Of a DNA stretch of 64,000 nt, positions 50,424-63,810 are shown piece after piece. How positions within the stretch are numbered: position 1 is the stretch's first letter; the number at the start of each line of letters is the position of its first letter. This stretch comes from Pseudogymnoascus verrucosus. Taxonomy: Eukaryota. A program made the position numbers and the translations under genes. The stretch lies in NCBI GenBank assembly GCA_001662655.1, contig KV460213.1; one strand, 5' to 3'. The notes beneath the pieces are model-generated. The model saw nothing but the letters and a program-made list of their open reading frames with translations. It had not been told where the DNA came from and searched no databases.

Positions 50424-52609
50424 ATGTGGCCCAACAACAACTTCGGAAGCAACAATTTTGGAAGCAACAGCGCGCCCACCCACAGCGGCGCCAGGGACAA
50501 CAATAACAACAATCAAAGCAACACCAACCAGGAGAACTACCAAGGAGGTGAGATCAACCAGGGTAGCGAAGACTTTGTTAACTACCCTCACCATACTGCT
50601 GGCTTCCCAGTGTATCCACTATTTCCGTTTGAATATTACCCGCCGCCAAGTTCAAACTATTTCGGGGGTTACATGCCAAACGTATTCCATCCAATGCCTG
50701 GATTTGGGAACAACGAGTTTATACAAGCCTCTTTCACCAATCCAGCCAATCCGGTAAGTTGAGCATGAAGTTGTGCTCCTTCCTAGAGAAGAATTACAGA
50801 TCCAAGTACTGATCTATATTCACCATTCTCGCAATACCTTCAAATCATTCCATCTTTATCCGAGCAATTCCTGTCTGAACTAACACCCCACAGGAGCAGG
50901 CCATGGAGCCTCTTGCGCTGGCCCGTCCTGGTGTATCAACTCACTCTGTTCAAGCAACTCGGTCCATCACATCAGCTCGGCCCGACACACCAACTGAACC
51001 TGCTGCGTTACGCAAACCTGTTGCTAACATGGCTCTGAACTCTAGGGCGGAGGAGCTAAAGGCCCAGCTCATAAAGAGCAAAGAGGAACGTGCCAAGGCC
51101 AAAAATGCGCAGAAATCAGATGGAGCTGTCGCCGGCACTCTCGATCCAACGTCACTAGAGATGGCGAGTTTGCTTCGAGGCTCTCCTACTATGCCCAGAA
51201 ATCAGCCGAAGGGTCCCAGGAGTTGCTCTATCGTGTCCTCTACTGGACCAAAAATTATTACAAAGGAAATTATTTCAGGCAATACTGGACCTAATTTGGC
51301 ACGAAAAACTTTGGCCTGCGACATATTAGGAAGACCCAAGGCTGACGAGAATGAGGTTGCAAAACTCATTGAGGCTGGCAGAGCTGCTGTTGAAGAGAAC
51401 TGCAAGAAGAATCTGAGTTCCAATGGATTGCCTACTTCAGGGATTGGACCATCGCCGGATGCCACTAAAGTTGTACAAAACACTGCACAATCAAAAGGAT
51501 CCCAAACGCAGCTTAATTTGATGCATTCAAAACCAGCTTCAACTCAGGCCAGAGCTTCTCAAGATATTGAGCAGAGAAGAACTGTACCCAAAGAAGAGCA
51601 TGAGAAGGTTCTGACGGATGAGCTTGTTCTAGAGGTTGTGAGGAAGGAAAAATTGCCATCGACACCCAGTGCTGTGGAAATGCAAGGTCTCATTGGGTTC
51701 CACAGGAGCGCAATTACACCGGACAAGAAGCCTGCACCAAGACATGAATATTCTGGACAACGTGGATCAAACGCAAATACGATTGACAAGCCTCGACTTG
51801 ACAGCTGTGGCAAGGACAAAGATAACTCAAATGCAAATAATAGGAATAGTATCAACATGATTCATAGCCCGAAGGAAGAAAAACATTCACCACTGGAGAA
51901 AGTTCTCCTGAGCAACGATGATCTCCGCGACTGGCTCAAGCTAACTAAGTGGGACAATCTTGCTCACCGCAAACGCGCCCTCGGGCGCCACCGCGCCATC
52001 ATCGCCATCAACACGGAAAAGGCCACGGAAAGGGCACACCTCCTCGAGAGTGCTGCCAAAATCGAAGCTTTAGACAAGGAGAAGGCCAAGTTAGAGGCTC
52101 AAATGACAGACGACGAAGATGTATTTGCCGACAGGTTCCCTGGACGCTCCAAGACGAGATCAACTGCGAGAGGGGGTTCCGATGAAGACTCTGTGAACTC
52201 TCCAGGCCAGGTTACAGAGCCAACCCCAGCCTCAGTCGCCCCCAGGAAGCGCTCCTTCTCTACCTTCTCTAACACCAACCACGTCTCTGTGAGGCCCAAG
52301 AGCCGCCGGCACTACGCCTCTGATGTACGGAGATCGAGCCCCAGCAACTCGGGACAAGAGCTCTTCCACGACCGCCACGACCGCCGTGGCCGTTCTCGTG
52401 AGCGCCGCAGCTACGAAGACCGTCGTGACATGTCGCCCAGTCTTAAGTCCTTCCTGGAGCGTGAAGATACCCGTGAAGAACGCGAAGCTGCAGCCCGTCG
52501 CCATAACACCGGATTTCGTGGTTACCACCGTGATGAGCATCGCCCTTACTGCGGTTATCGCTGGAGAGGCCGCGGCCGTGGTAGAGGCGATTTTGATGAG
52601 CGCCGATAG
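50424..52609 (+). CDS. Hypothetical protein resembling the non-YTH part of Pezizomycotina YTH-domain proteins
   Basis: Asn-rich exon 1; intron 50754-50893; blocks SRAEELKAQL and DLRDWLKLTKWDNLAHRKRALGRHR; RS/RGG-rich C-terminus. Confidence 0.7.
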
Positions 52610-53363
52610 TTCAGACACCGATTTGAGAGGGAAGGTGGGGTGGAGACTCGAGGGCTTGGTGGCGGGGTTGCGGCTTCGGGGAAATTATTATTATTTGATG
52701 TTTTTAATGGCTAGTTGTTTTGTGTGGTACCCTCAAAAAAATACATTCTGACGTGTCTCGTTTTTGCTTTGTGAGTGACTGTTCTGTGATTAAAAGTCCA
52801 TGGTGAGTATTTTGCCAAATATGATAAATATTCGTGATAGTGCCAAGCAAGTCCCTTTCATCGCAGCAACCATCCATAATATTTACCAAACCCAACCACT
52901 ATCCATACTATCCAATAGGCAAGAATAAGAGATAAGTTAGCCCATCACTGAGTCATAAATATACGGTGTGTAGCACCGGTTTGTGCCATCAAAGTTGACG
53001 AGAACGTTGACAATGTGACCGCTTATTTATTTATTGATTTGGGTTTTTTTTAAGTTTAAAATTTTGTAACCATTAAAATATTTATATCACCAGACTTCAT
53101 CCCCTAAAGTTAACCGAATTGCCAGCGAGAGTGCAACTTAGCGTTTACATTTTGAGCTGAGGAGCAGCCACCGTATGTTTACAACAACCACCTATCTGTA
53201 TAGCCTCCAGTTCTCAATCTTAGCATCTCTCTTGTCCACCATACCCAACGCCTCACTACATTCCGAATTATAACCCAGCATTCACCAAACACCACCGCGA
53301 ACTCCCCACCGCGCAATAAATGTCGACGCCGTATAGTATACACCTTCTCCAAGCCAGAATCTC

Positions 53364-56300
53364 TCACTCATCATCCTCTCCCTCAGCATCAACATCCACA
53401 TCCCCAACCACAAAATCCTCTTCATCACTAATCACCATCTTCCCCTTTCCCTTCCCCTGTCCACCCCCATTCCTCCGCCTACTCATCCCAGGCGTCTCAT
53501 ACAAAATCCCCTCATCTTCCTCACTACTCTCCTCCTTCCCCTCGTCCAGGCTCTCCCCAAGGCTCACCTCGACCCCAAGTCGACTCCTCTCCTTCAGCCG
53601 CGGCGGTAACCCAGGTCCACTATCCGCATTCCCGAAATCGCTCTTCTTGGTCCCCTTCGGCCAACGCCCAGGCCCACGTCCTGTACCACCCGCCGAACGC
53701 CGCGAGCGCGACGCCTTGCGACTTGACCCCGTTGAGCGTGCGCGCGAGCCTGTGGCGCGGCGTGCGGTGCTGGGGCGGGAGGCGGTGGGGCGGGCGCTGC
53801 GGGGTGTGCCTGAGGGTTGGGAGAGGGAGAGTCGAGGGGCTTTGATGCGTGAGGCGTTGATTGGGGGGTAGATTTCGAAACGGGATGGGGGGATGGGGGA
53901 GAAGTCGTCAACAGTGTTGATGGCGAGGGGGTAGTCGGGGTGGGGTCCGCCGTTGGTGAAAGGTTGGAGTGACGGCCGGCTTGATGGGGGGGAGGCCGGC
54001 GTGGGTGTTGTTTCTGTGGCTGGGCGAGAGCCCTGGCCAGAGGTTTCAGCGAGGGATGGGTCCAAGTCCATTTCGTCAGCTTGCTCGCCTTCCACGTCCA
54101 GTGAAGCGAAAGAGACGCCATTTGTTAAACCGTTGGATTGTCCGCTTTCGATATCGCCATTGGTTAAAGCAGGTTGCGTGGCGCCAGCTGGATTCTCGTC
54201 TTCTTCATCTTCATCTTCATCCTCATCCTCGCGCGGCGCAACAGCGCTCATAGGCGGTGCATGTTCTATAATATTCTGGTTGTTGCGGCCCATGATATAG
54301 GGTGTCCAGACGAGCCCGTGCGGGTTAAGTCTGACGTAGTTCTTGTCCTCCCATTTCTTGATATATTCTTCGTAGAAGTCGTAGTCGAGTCTCAGAGCAT
54401 ATGTGCCAGTGACTGGGTCTCTAACCAGAGCCCGAAGCCCTTCGAGGGCAGAGACAATGTCGTCAGCCGTCATACCAGTTTGTTGAGATAGTTCGATTAC
54501 ACTGATCGACCTCTTCTGCTCTCTTGTATCCAGCAATCTGTAGCATAACACAAGACGCCAGTAGTTTCTATACGACACGAGGCCCATATCTGAAAGAGGC
54601 TTTTCCGGGGATCCAGATTTTCTCTCCACGAGGGTAAGCAAATAAGAGAAGTCGATAAGAAGATTGCCGTAGCCTTTGCGTTGATGGATGGGCAAGGTGA
54701 GAATGCACGAGACGTTATTTTGACTGCTTGGCCTCTTTTCCTTGGAAAAGTATCCCACAAAATGGCAGCCGAACTCGTCGTATTCTGTCATAACATAGAA
54801 CAGGAATGGTTCCACATCGTAGTAGAGAGTCTTTGAACCCAAGAAAAGTTTCGCAAGGAGGCATAGGTTCTGGCAGTAAACCGGATTCTTTCGTCCATCG
54901 ACTTCAAAAACTGAGATGGATACATCCCTGTAAATTTCATCTCCTGGCGGATGCTTTGCTGCGCACTTCATCTTGTGGCGCCAGGCGACATATTCCGAAT
55001 TCATGTATTTCAGACAGAATTCACAAATGTGGAGCACACGATTTCGACTGTATTCCTCTGGGTAGGGCGCCGCATACCACGTGTCGATCTCGTAGCCTCC
55101 AAAGTTGATGCACTCAATTTGAGATGCTGGACCGGACACCTTGCGTGGTTTCTTAACGTTTTCTGCTTCCGCATGTTCTAAGGCGGTCTTCTGCGCCCAT
55201 TCTTCTTCTGCCTTTTGACGAGCGTTATCAAACATTCGACGGTCATCAGCCTGGGGCAGCGTTTTTGTTGTATCCGACTGCGCTTCTGTGAGTATGCCAC
55301 CATACGGTTTCGACTTCAGTTCATCCATGTCTTTATCATGGAAAGAATAGAATGGCTGAGAATAGATACGCGGTACGTATGCCGGAGGAGGAGCTGATAT
55401 TGATGCCCTACGTGCGGCTGGTGTTGACCTTGGTCGCTTCTTCACTGGTTTTGGGGGGTTAGAAAGGATGCGTGCCAAGTCAGTCGCATTCAATCGAATC
55501 CGAATAATAAGGCTTGTGCGTGAATGTTTTTCGATTGTTACCGGTGGCTTTGTAACCTTTAGGGGTCGAAGTGATCGAGATGGCCGAGAACTAGCGGGCT
55601 CGGCTGCTTTGTTTTCATTGTTGAACCCCTCGGCTGGTTCCAATTTGTGGCCATCAATATTCTCGGCTGCTTCAGCGTCCGTCATTATTGCATTCGAAGA
55701 TCCGTCAGAGGTTCGCTTCCGGCGTTTACCGATGGACGATATAACGCCCTCTTCTGCCTCCGCAGACGAGGTTTTACGCTTCCGTAGTAATCTCGAGCCA
55801 TCCATTGGGTCATCGTCAACAATTAAGTTATTGAAAACGGAATGCGAGTCGGGTTTAATTGCCCCTCTCTGGGAAGGGAGTAAGTCTCGTGCCAGCTTCG
55901 GTGCTGACGACCGTTGGAGGGTGATTACCGATGGGGATTCCTGGTTTACGGTTTCCGGTTCCAGGGCATTGGACACACATCCTGGGCAACGCCATTTCGC
56001 AGCATCTGGAATGGTCAGTTAAAGCTCATACACCGTTTCAATGGGCCGTACCTTCATCTACTTCGAGTGCTTCCGCATCTCGCGAGCATTGTCGATGTGC
56101 TGTGCACACACTTGTCAGCATCGTTCTAGATCCAGGGGTATACCGTGGATAGCCATACCATTATCGCCACAAACAGCACAAGCAAGATACTCCTCAAACT
56201 CAGGGCTGGGATCATGATCCTCGTCTTGGTGGCAAAAACTGCACGTATTAATACAGCAGTATATTGGGAGATTCCGCGAGGCAAACTTACATGCAACGGT

Positions 56301-56874
56301 TAGGATCAATAGGTTCCGCCTCATCGTCTTGCGCCACAGCGGCCTCCCATTCAGCTTCGGCCTCGACTTCAGACTCATCACTCGAGTCATGCGACGCATC
56401 ATCGGCCGCATCTTCGCTTTCTTCGGCATCTTCTTGTCCAAATTCTGCGTCCTCTTCATCATCTTCTAGCTCCCTCGGCTGGATCTTGACAGCACCGACT
56501 CCCTCTCCATCCTCGTCATCTTCATTTTCTTCCTCGTCGTCCATGGCTCCATCGGCCCCCATGCTCATTCTAATGGTATCTCCATGGTCCTGCTCATAGT
56601 CGTCTTCCCCCTCCGCATCTCTATCTGACAGGTCATCTTCCTGCCTTTGGTCTTCATCTTCGTCCTCATTATTTTCGTCTCCGTGTTCATCATATGCGCT
56701 CCCATCCGTATGGTTTTGCTGAACTCCATTCAGTAGCTGGTTATTCGCGGCAAACGCCTCAGCATTCGCGCCCATGTCCACGTCTTGGTCATAGTCCTCC
56801 TCATACTCCGCGTCGTCCTCCGACGTCGGCATGCTCTGCTGCACCTGCTCCTCCGATAGCATCGCGGCCGCCAT
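53364..56874 (-). CDS. SAS3: MYST histone acetyltransferase Sas3 (PHD fingers + MYST domain)
   Basis: Acidic N-terminus; spliced PHD finger (CMFCHQ...CAVCGDN...HRQC...WRCPGC); MYST motifs IDTWYAAPYPEEY, CQNLCLLAKLFLGSKTLYYDVEPF, QRKGYGNLLIDFSY and GSPEKPLSDMG. Confidence 0.92.
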
Positions 56875-57234
56875 GGTCTCAGCCAGGAGTAGCGGGGTGC
56901 ATGAGTGGTATAGGGGTTGCGATTCGTATCGTTATGGGACGTGGATTCGAGGTGAGCTCGTCTGTTCGCAAAGCAGCAGCGCGCTTCCGCGTCACCTCAA
57001 CATAAGTAGGCGTATGAGGAGTGCGATGGGCCTTGTCTGCAGTTATCGAATTGAGCAGCACAGCTTCCGCCGCGCTCAGTTTCCGCCTTTGCGCTCGTCG
57101 CGCTCCTTGTGGTCGCGCCCCTAGATTGGAGGTGGGAAGATCGAGGCTCAAAATCACCAGTCGCGGCCCTAACTGTCCACCACAACACTTTTCAGCGAAT
57201 CTGCGCGACTCTGTAGAGAGGTTAGACCGGTGCG

Positions 57235-57261
57235 ACGCGTAAATACAAATTACTACGCGAA
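57235..57261. promoter_or_regulatory. MCB/SCB-like sites in the SAS3/NDUFA1 divergent promoter
   Basis: ACGCGT at 57235-57240 and ACGCGAA at 57255-57261. Confidence 0.35.
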
Positions 57262-57518
57262 TTTCCCCAGTTCTAGAGTTGTGCTGTCGCGGCGTGGGCG
57301 AGGCTCTGGCTGGGCTGTCGTCGTGGTGTTGCCCGGTGCCTTACGTAAGCGATGCAATCAACGACGTCCACTTCAAGCTCCCGAGAAAGAGGTACAATCA
57401 GGCCTTTACACCACCCGATACGAGCGCAAGGTATGTTGGACCGCCACTACCTTCGAGATATGGAATGTAAGAGTGTGTAGACTAACAATTGAGTGAATAG
57501 CTACACACCGAAGCCACA

Positions 57519-58046
57519 ATGGGTGTCCCTTTCGAAACCCTCATCCCGTTCGCCATCATGCTGACCGTACGTCAACTTCCCCAACGCCTACACCCTCAAT
57601 CTCCCGGCGGTTTGGATACTAACAATGCGGTATAGATGTTCGGCATTACCGGTGCTGGATTGTCGAAGGTCAGAGCGATGCAGAACGGTGGAAAGCGTGG
57701 AAGACATTCCGTCGATCAGTGGGATAGCGTACGTCTTTCCCCAAACCCCCTCCATTGACGACAGCAAAACTAACAGTCTTTTAGCAAAGTACGAGCCTCT
57801 CAGATCCTGAATTCTATATAATAGCTGCAGTGGATGGCAGAAACCGAAAAGGGATATTGGCTGACCTCTCACAGTGATGGACCGCGACAGGCGGTTAACG
57901 GGCTTCCTCCGCGGCCAAACCGGCAGTGCCATTGCGCCCCCGGGATTCGAGTTGAACAACCCATGGAGGGTAAGTCTGATTCTGTGGGTGTTGAAGTCAG
58001 AGATCAATGCTAACAGTGTCTGCAGTTGGAGAAGAAGTTCCGTTAA
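57519..58046 (+). CDS. Complex I accessory subunit NDUFA1/MWFE-like (fungal 9.8 kDa subunit)
   Basis: Exons 57519-57566, 57636-57728, 57785-57788, 57875-57969 and 58026-58046 give MGVPFETLIPFAIMLTMFGITGAGLSKVRAMQNGGKRGRHSVDQWDSQMMDRDRRLTGFLRGQTGSAIAPPGFELNNPWRLEKKFR*. Confidence 0.9.
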
Positions 58047-59212
58047 ATTACCCACAAGACGACACCACCTCTAGACACAACAAAATGTATATATCCAAAG
58101 CAATAAAGATTTAAAACAAAACCTAGCATGTACCAAGTTCTTCACCATGGATGTTGGAAAGAATTGGGCTTTGGACCAGTGGCGGGTCGTGCCACATCCA
58201 GGGCTTTGTTCTATTAAATTCCTCAAAGACTCAATAGCTTCGTGTGATCTTTTGCCCTTTCATTCGTAGTGCCTTTCATGAACTTTCAAAATCATAATGC
58301 TCTTACACGTAGGGTTTAATTATTCTAAATCTGTCAATATGTACCTATTTTGGTTGACGATATTCAGTTCCCACAACACACGCCGCCCAAATGTCTGAAG
58401 AAAGATGGTGCAGAAGTGTACAATATCTGGCATTTACATCAACTATGATTGAAATATAGGCGCTCAATCACCGAAGGCTGCAATTAATAAGCCAGTTGCT
58501 GAGAAATAGAGCCAACGAAATGATTCCATTTGTCTAAATTGCTAGCATCAACCCCCGCAACGGCACTCTCTCTTCGGGCGGCACGAGTAGGCTTTTGCTG
58601 CAAGATAAGATATATAAACATACCCACTATATTAGCAGCCGGAAGCCGGAAGGCTATGCATATATCTAGGTTCGACTGTGCTATTGTTGCTTGTCATACA
58701 TAGTTTCACATGCAAAGCCCGTTTTGCGACTTGTTCCGATTCCCCCGAGACTCACCACAAGCCAAAGAAATAGAAGTGAATAGACTTTGGCAGGAGAGAT
58801 TTGATATTGGATACACCTGACAATTTTTATGGTGGATATTCGTACGGTATCATCACGCATTGCACAAATTAAACCTCAACACGTATAGACAATTAGGTAC
58901 AAGACCAATTCTTGTTGCACAATGGGCATTCCTATTCTCCAGCGCTTGCTACATTGAGAAAAGAGAAATACACTCAACGGACCTATAGCCACCTTTCTTT
59001 CTTGTTAAAAGAATAGAGTCATGTTCGTACTGCAGTAGACTGTGCCTCCAACCCCATCCCCCAAAACCAGCACTCCGCATGGCCGTTTAAAAATCAAAAC
59101 CGGGACTGCTCCAATCCACCGGCGTCTGCCTCCCTCCTCGCCGGGTATCAACTCCTCTACTCCATGCTTTCGCATTGCAATGATTGATTTCTACGTCGAT
59201 GATACAAATTCA

Positions 59213-59999
59213 TCACCTAGTCGCCAACGTAGAGCCCTCACCCCCAAAGACCAACATCCCATGGTTACCCCTGACAATCCTCTCGCTCTCCACAAAGTTT
59301 GCCTTCGAATTACCCACTCCCAGATCCCTCAGTTTGCCACTCCCAATATCAAACAGTACACCGTGAACAAGCAACCCGCGCTCGTTCACCGCATCTTCAA
59401 CAACAACATTGCTCAACAGCGTCTCCACGCCCGCCGCGACATTCAGCTCCGCTAACCTAGCAGCCCTCGCGGCCTGATCAGTAATCGCCTCAAGCTCAGC
59501 CTTGTTCTCGCGCCTCAGCTTCTTCAGCGGTGTGAGCCATGTATCCAAAACTCCACCAACGCGACTATCTCCCAGCGCCGCTCCAGCACCGCCACAGCTC
59601 GTGTGTCCACACAGCACGATATGCTGGACCTTCAAGTGCGCGACAGCATACTCGATGACTGCGCTGGAGTTGATATCGGTCGGGCTGACGATGTTGGCGA
59701 TGTTGCGGTGGACGAAGACGTCACCGGGCTGCAATCCAAGGACCGTGGTCTCAGGGATGCGCGAGTCGGAGCATCCGAGCCAGAGGATAGTGGGCGTCTG
59801 CCCAGTCGCGAGCGTTGGGAAGAAGGCCGGGTTCTGGTGCGATTTGTAGGAGGCCCAGGAGGCGTTGGAGGAGAGCGCGTGGGAGAAGGGGTCGGCTGCG
59901 TGGGGGTCAGTGGAGGTCTTTAGAGGGTACGAGAGGCGCGCGGTCGTGATCAGGATGCGAGGAATGTGGCAGGTCTGCGTGCATACCTGTGGGAAGCAT
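59213..59999 (-). CDS. Beta-class carbonic anhydrase (Nce103/Can family)
   Basis: Zn ligands WLGCSDSR and CGHTSCGG; FVHRNIAN. Start MLPT|ADPF via intron 59986-59896. Confidence 0.93.
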
Positions 60000-60998
60000 T
60001 GCGACTGTGTTGTGAGTGTTGAAGGGTGGTTCGACTTAGAGGGGTCGGAGGATGATTGATGTTGAGAGGCGTTGAGAATGCCTACGTGCGGCTTGTCCCG
60101 GCACAAACCCGAGGTTGTAAATTAGGGTTCTCGCTCGTAATGACTCAGAATTCGTCAAATAATAATTGTCCTTCGAACAATATCGCGACAGGAAATTCGG
60201 TGGTAATGAGCAGCGTCGGGTATTAGGATGTTGTTTGTTGGTGAGTATGGATCGAGTGCAGGCGTTTCCTATGTCGGCGGCATTCGGTCGGGGGTCCGCG
60301 GGTCGAGTGGTGGAGTGATAAGCAAAAAGCTTTATCTGAATTAATCGATAAGGTTTTTAGGGTTTGTTCGTTGAGAAAAGCGCCGACAGTGACCGAAAAC
60401 GTCAAAAGGATGAGGAAAATGAGTTTACGAATTATAGTTACGAGGGAGATGGGATAAGTTTGTAAAATATATGATAATATTGCATGAAGAACCTGTCTCG
60501 AGGAGCAACGGGCCGACAAATGCACAGTTTACTCAGTGACCATTCGATGTTACAACACCGTCTGGGGCGTCTGACCCCCGTTTCGCCTGCCACCCACCAA
60601 CAGATCTCGTCTCAACAATGCTATTCGCCCAGATTCGCCCACTACGAAAATCACACCATCGCCGCCTCAAATATTTGCCTTGGCACGATAATTTCTTTTT
60701 CGTGAGAATATTGGCGAAGAACACAAATATATACTCGTAAACAAAGAAATTTTTGCGCCGGGTGAACAAATCAACAAATCGCGAAGTGACTAACACGGTA
60801 AACATTGTGGGAATCAATGGATTTTCGTGAAAGAGGTTCATAAAAAAGCATTTGCTCCGTAAAATTGGTATCATCGAGCTATCATTCATGGATACAGAGC
60901 TAGCTAGAGAGATATGACAATCCCACGGTCTGTTACTGAAACCATACCAGGAACGCCAAAGGACACCAGCCGCAATCAAGACTTTTGGGTTATTACAC

Positions 60999-62050
60999 TT
61001 AGATCTTGATGGCAGACTCGAGCGCCTTGCGCTTCTTCTCCTGGCGAGCGTTGGCCTTGGCACCCATGATGCCACCACCCCACTGCCTCTTGGCCTCCTC
61101 GTACTTGTCGGTGTAACCATCCTTGATGGCCTGGACGAGCTTGGAGAGCTCAGTCTTGTCCTCGGAGCGGACCTCGGTGATGGCGAGGACAGCGGCGGTC
61201 TTCTTGTGGACGACCGTACCGAGACGGGCCTTGCCCTTGACAATTGCGTATGGGATACCCATCTTGCGGCAGAGAGCTGGGAGGAAGATGACCAACTCAA
61301 TTGGGTCAACATCGTTGGGGATGAGGACGAGAGCGGCCTTCTTGTTCTCAATCAGGCCGACGACGTGGTTGAGACCGTACTTGACGGCGTATGGCTTCTT
61401 GGAGACATCCTCCTTCTTCTTGCCCTCGGCAATGGCGCTAGCCTCCTTGACGAGACGCTCCTTCTTCTCGGCCTTGGACTCAGGGCGGTACTTGTTGAGG
61501 AGCTTGAAAGCCTGGGCGGCGGTGTTGCGGTCGAGGACGTTCTGGAACTGGGCAATCGCAGGTGGGACCTTCAGGCGGAGGTTGAGGATCTTCTTTTGGC
61601 GCTGAAGGCGGACGTACTCTGGCCACCTCACCATGCGGGAGAGGTTGCGCTTGGGCTGGATAGCCTGACCGACGCCATGGTTGCGAGTGCGCTTCTCAAT
61701 GAGAGGGTTCTGAGAGTATTAGCAGGCCTTTCCATGAGCTGCTGGAGGGGAGTAGATGATCAACTTACCTTCGCGGCCTTCTTGGATGCAGCACCTACCT
61801 TTCCCTGGGGGAAGGGGGCGGCGGCAACTTTCTTGGTGCTCTTGGGAGGCTAGTCATTGAGAAAGATCAGCTAATGTTCCATACATTGCAGCTGTTCTAA
61901 ACTCTAAGAGACAAAACTAGATCTCGGTGCCTTTCGACACACGAGAAATTGTAATGCTCAAGCCATTATCAAGTGTCCTCGGACAAAGTGATAGGAGTCG
62001 CGCTCATCGCAATAGGGGCATCAAGTATAATTATGTGTTTATCTTACCAT
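60999..62050 (-). CDS. RPL8: 60S ribosomal protein eL8 (L7a/L8)
   Basis: ATG-only first coding exon; introns 62047-61850 and 61768-61710; motifs [30 protein letters not shown] and WGGGIMG. Confidence 0.96.
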
Positions 62051-62344
62051 GTCGATTGATTTTGCCGGGTCGAAGGGCTGTGGTGATTGTCGTGAAATTG
62101 GCGGCGATGAAGAACAGAAAATCAGAAGAGAAGATTATTCTCGGATCTGTGTGTCGCTAGGGCATGAAGTCTTGGCGTTTGAAATTGCGCTAACCACGAT
62201 TAGATTAAGGCGATAAGGTAGTTTGCTCAACTAGCAAACATAAACTTTTTGATTATGACTTGTAACCTTCATGACCCCGCCATCGAACAGAAAGTCAATC
62301 TCTTGAGAGTTCTGGTAGTGCATATACGCTAGATTTTTCTAAAG

Positions 62345-63640
62345 ATGGCGCCCTCAATATGTGCTATTTGTGAGACCAACAGGGCACTAATAATTCGGCC
62401 AAAGAACCACCAAAAATTATGTAAAGTCTGTTTTATCCAAATTTTCGAAGACGAAATCCACCACACCATCACAACTACGAACCTCTTCACCCCAGGAGAT
62501 AGAATCGCTATAGGCGCCTCTGGAGGCAAAGATTCTACAGTCCTCGCGTCTGTCCTAAAAACCCTCAACGAAAGACACAACTATGGCCTTGACCTGGTCC
62601 TCCTCTCTATCGACGAAGGAATCAAAGGCTACCGCGACGACTCCCTCGAGACCGTCAAGCGCAACGCTGAGCAATACGAGATGCCACTGAAGATAGTCGG
62701 CTACGATGAGCTATATGGCTGGACCATGGACCAGGTTGTAGCCACCATCGGCAAGAAGGGGAACTGCACATACTGCGGAGTCTTCCGGCGGCAGGCCCTC
62801 GACCGCGGGGCAAACATGTTAGGCATAAACCACGTCGTAACCGGCCACAATGCCGACGACGTCGCCGAGACCATCCTGATGAACCTCCTCCGAGGCGACC
62901 TACCGCGGCTGGCCCGCAGCACGAGCATCATAACCGGGGACGCCACATCCTCCGTCCGCCGTAGCAAACCGCTCAAATACGCATATGAGAAGGAAATCGT
63001 GCTCTATGCGCACCACAAGAAATTAGATTACTTCAGCACAGAGTGCATCTACAGCCCCGAGGCCTTCCGCGGCTCAGCACGAACCCTTATCAAAGCGCTC
63101 GAGCGCGTCCGGCCATCCGCCATCCTTGACGTCGTCCGCAGCGGCGAGGATATGGCGAAGCTGGTCCCTGCTGAGGTGACTGGGGGCCCCAAGTGCGCTG
63201 GTCGCAAAGCCGAGGTTCTGGCTGCGGATCGAGAGGAAGAAGGTGCGGGTGGCTGCGGTAGTGGCAACGGGAGGAGTAGTGGCTCCGAGATGGCGGATAT
63301 GGAGAAGCAGCTGAGGGATAATGAAGGCGCAGGAGAGAGAGAGGTGGAGATCACAAGTGCGCAGGTGCCGAGGCGGCGGGATACGAATAGTAGTATGGCG
63401 AGCTCGCGGCCGGGGAATCTGAGGAAGGAGGTTATGGGGAGGAAGTTGCCTAGGCAGACGCTGGGGACGTGTCAGAGGTGCGGGTATATGTCTAGTCAGG
63501 CAATATGTAAGGCGTGTACGCTGCTAGAGGGGTTAAATAAGAATAGGCCGCAGGTGGAAATTGAGGTTGATGCGGAGGATGAGGATGATAGCTCCACGCT
63601 GAGGAGGAAAATGGAGGGGATAGCGTTGACGGCAGGATAG
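62345..63640 (+). CDS. NCS6: Cytoplasmic tRNA 2-thiolation protein 1 (Ncs6/Ctu1)
   Basis: PP-loop [26 protein letters not shown] and C-terminal [16 protein letters not shown]. Confidence 0.95.
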   Translation: MAPSICAICETNRALIIRPKNHQKLCKVCFIQIFEDEIHHTITTTNLFTPGDRIAIGASGGKDSTVLASVLKTLNERHNYGLDLVLLSIDEGIKGYRDDSLETVKRNAEQYEMPLKIVGYDELYGWTMDQVVATIGKKGNCTYCGVFRRQALDRGANMLGINHVVTGHNADDVAETILMNLLRGDLPRLARSTSIITGDATSSVRRSKPLKYAYEKEIVLYAHHKKLDYFSTECIYSPEAFRGSARTLIKALERVRPSAILDVVRSGEDMAKLVPAEVTGGPKCAGRKAEVLAADREEEGAGGCGSGNGRSSGSEMADMEKQLRDNEGAGEREVEITSAQVPRRRDTNSSMASSRPGNLRKEVMGRKLPRQTLGTCQRCGYMSSQAICKACTLLEGLNKNRPQVEIEVDAEDEDDSSTLRRKMEGIALTAG

Positions 63641-63810
63641 ATAATGGATCTTGACGATTAATCTGAAAATTATACCCAATGCCTCAACAGGAACAACAGG
63701 ACTTCATGATTCTATATAGGCCAACTAACAAAGTGATATCATAACGACATATCCTCCCTAAAAGCTCAATTTCCACACACCCAGAGTATACCAGTGCCGC
63801 CGAAATTTCC

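Noticed and set aside
60190..60202. GGAAATTCGGTG resembling RNase P RNA CR-I
   Set aside because: No CR-V/P4 partner found downstream; it lies in the carbonic anhydrase promoter.
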